Shown: one piece after another, positions 9,192 through 11,572 of the stretch
Position numbering within the stretch: the stretch's first letter is position 1
Layout of the letters: every line of letters starts with the position of its first letter
DNA from: Bacteroidales bacterium
GTDB lineage: Bacteria; Bacteroidota; Bacteroidia; Bacteroidales; UBA12077
Reading direction: 5' to 3'
Assembly (NCBI GenBank): GCA_028282585.1
Contig: JANQHR010000006.1
Span: forward strand, 1-11,572
Length of the DNA stretch: 11,572 nt
Made by a program: the position numbers and the translations under genes
The notes under the pieces: model-generated
Told to the model about the DNA's origin: nothing
Database searches by the model: none
What the model saw: only the letters and a program-made list of their open reading frames with translations

Positions 9192-9212
9192 ATTATAATA
9201 AATTTTAGAAAA

Positions 9213-10577
9213 ATGAATGCAAATGATGATTTAGAAAAATTAATAGAAAACTTACCCTTCTTTCTCAAAGAACAATTAACTCATCATATTGAAAAAGACC
9301 AGCTTATTGAAATTGTATTAGATTTAGGAAGAAGACCAGAAGCTCGTTTCATTAGTGGCCCACAATATTTATCTCAAAAAATTATTTCATGGCAAGACAT
9401 TGATTATACGACAAAACGAATTAGTAAATTTAGTAATGAAAATCGTGCGGGTATTGAACGAACACTTCATCGAATAAGTTGTATTCGAAACCGCCAATTT
9501 TTAATTAATGGATTGACTTGTCGTGTAGGACGAGCTGTTTTTGGAATTATATCGGTTATTCGAGACTTATTAGAATCAGGAAAATCAATATTAATTTTAG
9601 GAAAACCAGGTGTTGGTAAGACAACCATCATCCGAGAAATAGCCCGAGTATTAGCAGATGAAATGCAAAAACGAGTAATCATAATCGATACTGCAAATGA
9701 AATTGCAGGTGATAGTGATATTCCCCACCCAGGAATTGGACGAGCCAGACGAATGCAAGTTGCTAAAACAGAATTTCAACATCAAGTAATGATTGAAGCT
9801 GTTGAAAACCATATGCCACAAATTATTATTGTTGATGAAATTGGGACAGAATTAGAAGTTTTGGCAGCCCGAACTATAGCAGAGAAAGGAGTTCAACTTG
9901 TAGGTACAACTCATGGAAATTGTTTAGAAAATTTAATTAAAAATCCGCCATTAGTTGATTTAATTGGTGGAATTCAGTATGTTACACTCAGTGATGATGA
10001 AGCTCGAAGACGTGGTACACAAAAGAGTATTATTGAACGGAAAGCTTACCCTGCTTTCGAAATTATTATTGAGATAAATCATCAAAATTCTTGGACTATT
10101 CATGAAGATGTTCAAAAGTCTGTTGATTTATTTTTACGCGGCAATTTTACCACTGGACAAATCCGTAAGTTTTCTTTGACAGAACAAATAAAAATAAAAT
10201 ATCATCCAAGTCAAAATTATCAAAGTTCTTTAATAAATCATTCAAATCGTTCGATTTTACGAGCGAAGAAAAATTGGATTTTATTAAACCAATTAAAAGA
10301 CAAAAAAGCTCTGAAATTGCAAACTAAAAAATTAATTATTTATCCCTATTCAGTATCTTCAAATTTATTAAAAGAAGTATTATTAAAAATGGAACTTTCA
10401 TTTGTTTTAACAAATGAAATTAAAAAAGCAAGTTTAATAATTGGTTTAAAAAAACATTTAAAACAAAATTTTAAGTTGATTCGTTTCACGAAACAAAAAA
10501 ATATCTCAATTTATGGGTTAAATCAAGTAAATCTGTATCAAATAACAAAACTTTTTCAATTTATATCAATAAATTAA
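9213..10577 (+). CDS. ycf45: Ycf45, SpoIIIAA-like P-loop ATPase of unknown function
   Basis: 454 aa. [43 protein letters not shown], Walker [38 protein letters not shown] (Walker B), [21 protein letters not shown]. Confidence 0.95.
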   Translation: MNANDDLEKLIENLPFFLKEQLTHHIEKDQLIEIVLDLGRRPEARFISGPQYLSQKIISWQDIDYTTKRISKFSNENRAGIERTLHRISCIRNRQFLINGLTCRVGRAVFGIISVIRDLLESGKSILILGKPGVGKTTIIREIARVLADEMQKRVIIIDTANEIAGDSDIPHPGIGRARRMQVAKTEFQHQVMIEAVENHMPQIIIVDEIGTELEVLAARTIAEKGVQLVGTTHGNCLENLIKNPPLVDLIGGIQYVTLSDDEARRRGTQKSIIERKAYPAFEIIIEINHQNSWTIHEDVQKSVDLFLRGNFTTGQIRKFSLTEQIKIKYHPSQNYQSSLINHSNRSILRAKKNWILLNQLKDKKALKLQTKKLIIYPYSVSSNLLKEVLLKMELSFVLTNEIKKASLIIGLKKHLKQNFKLIRFTKQKNISIYGLNQVNLYQITKLFQFISIN

Positions 10578-10627
10578 TTGTTAAATGGAACGGAACATTA
10601 GGTTATCCTTATTCTTATGGAGATGAA

Positions 10628-11020
10628 TTGAGTGGAGAAATGGCTCGATTAAATAGAATTAAGATAATTATCCTTTTCTTACTAATTTGGTTTTTAATAG
10701 TTGACCAAGCCCAAGCTGCTCCAATTCAAGGCGTCAATGAATTTTTATGCCGACCAAATAATCCGCATCTTTCGAGAGCAGCTACTGGCTCAAACACTCG
10801 TTTAGAGGAAAATAATCAATTAATTATAGAATCCGAAGTTGAATCGAAATTAAATATTTTAGTAAAAGGGCAAACCAATAATTCGAAACAACTTAAAGAT
10901 ATTCGAGATGATTTGCAGAAAGGCTTTATTGGCTTAGGAATCCGCAATCAAGAATTATTAGAAATCAACCAGAAACTAGAAGAGCAATTAGAAATCATTA
11001 CGATAGTATTGACACGATAG
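10628..11020 (+). CDS. Hypothetical non-core protein with predicted cleavable signal peptide and C-terminal coiled-coil-like region
   Basis: 130 codons from TTG 10628 (GGAG at 10619-10622) or 126 from ATG 10640 (GGAG at 10634-10637). The N-terminus MARLNRIK-IIILFLLIWFLIV-DQAQA/AP has a basic n-region, hydrophobic h-region and A-X-A site. Not a recognised core plastid gene. Confidence 0.7.
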   Translation: MSGEMARLNRIKIIILFLLIWFLIVDQAQAAPIQGVNEFLCRPNNPHLSRAATGSNTRLEENNQLIIESEVESKLNILVKGQTNNSKQLKDIRDDLQKGFIGLGIRNQELLEINQKLEEQLEIITIVLTR

Positions 11021-11032
11021 TATGATAGTATT
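11000..11032 (+). repeat. Three direct copies of GATAGTAT
   Basis: Copies at 11002-11009, 11016-11023 and 11024-11031. The first two extend to ACGATAGTAT. The ORF stop TAG (11018-11020) lies in copy 2. Confidence 0.75.
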
Positions 11033-11050
11033 CACAAAAAAAGAAGTTTT

Positions 11051-11572
11051 ATGTATTATAACAGGTTTTTACGCGTTTGGGTAGTTGATCTATGGGATTA
11101 TTTTTTATTAGGTGCTTTTGTTGGAAGTATTGTACCGCCGCGTTTAAAAGATTACTTATCTTAAAAGAAAGCTATGGAACGATTAAAAAATTCCATTATT
11201 AAAAAATCAAAATTAGTAATTAAATCGGATATACCCATTTCCAATTCTAAGGAAATAAGAATAAAAAAGATTTCTAAATTCGCTTTAAAAAATCGTGGCG
11301 GGGAATTTGAAATTTTTCAAGCAGATCCTGAGTTTTCTAATGAAGTTTTTAAGTTGGCCCAAGAAATTAGAGGGTTAGTTGAACGACTAGCTAGCTTTCT
11401 TAAAGAACGAGAATTAAAAGGCGTAGCTAGGATTTTCTTTAAAAGTGGTAGAGTAATTCTACAGCTTCTTTTATCTACGTGTAGAATTGACATTACTTAT
11501 TTGTTGTTAACTGAGGGATTAAACACTCCAGCAATTGTAATAACAACCACTGCAGGGGATGTGACAGGTTTT
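11051..11572 (+). pseudogene. Non-core hypothetical ORF with one premature in-frame stop, 3' truncated by the window edge (absent from the supplied ORF track)
   Basis: Manual translation: MYYNRFLRVWVVDLWDYFLLGAFVGSIVPPRLKDYLS*KKAMERLKNSIIKKSKLVIKSDIPISNSKEIRIKKISKFALKNRGGEFEIFQADPEFSNEVFKLAQEIRGLVERLASFLKERELKGVARIFFKSGRVILQLLLSTCRIDITYLLLTEGLNTPAIVITTTAGDVTGF. Single TAA at 11162-11164 in 174 codons. The frame is open from ATG 11174 to the window end (133 codons). Confidence 0.75.

Noticed and set aside
9467-9682. 71-aa antisense ORF inside ycf45
   Set aside because: Mirror of the conserved ATPase region, a typical antisense artefact.
11000-11032. CRISPR-like or iteron array
   Set aside because: Units are only 8-10 nt with 0-6 nt spacing, far too short for CRISPR, and no rep or cas gene is visible.

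Overview
AT-rich plastid (chloroplast) genome segment of a red-lineage alga, most likely a diatom. The conserved core is psaA-psaB (+), ftsH (-, convergent with psaB), then psaE, ycf42/bas1 (peroxiredoxin-like), rpl35, rpl20 and ycf45 (+). Several intergenic hairpins punctuate the block. Both flanks carry non-core DNA. Upstream of psaA is a short, stop-interrupted, highly basic ORF remnant (195-389). Downstream of ycf45 is an intact ~126-130 aa ORF with a textbook signal peptide, followed by a longer ORF broken by one in-frame TAA that runs off the window end. The most notable points are: (1) Ycf42 is an intact 2-Cys peroxiredoxin-fold protein lacking both the peroxidatic Cys and the catalytic Arg, so a probable pseudoenzyme; (2) an accessory, possibly plasmid-derived cluster of exported or membrane proteins in partial decay; (3) a psaA 5' leader with mutually exclusive pairings, one of which hides the Shine-Dalgarno sequence. 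No rRNA, tRNA, CRISPR array, intron or recombinase gene was seen. All family calls come from motif recognition; no database search was run.
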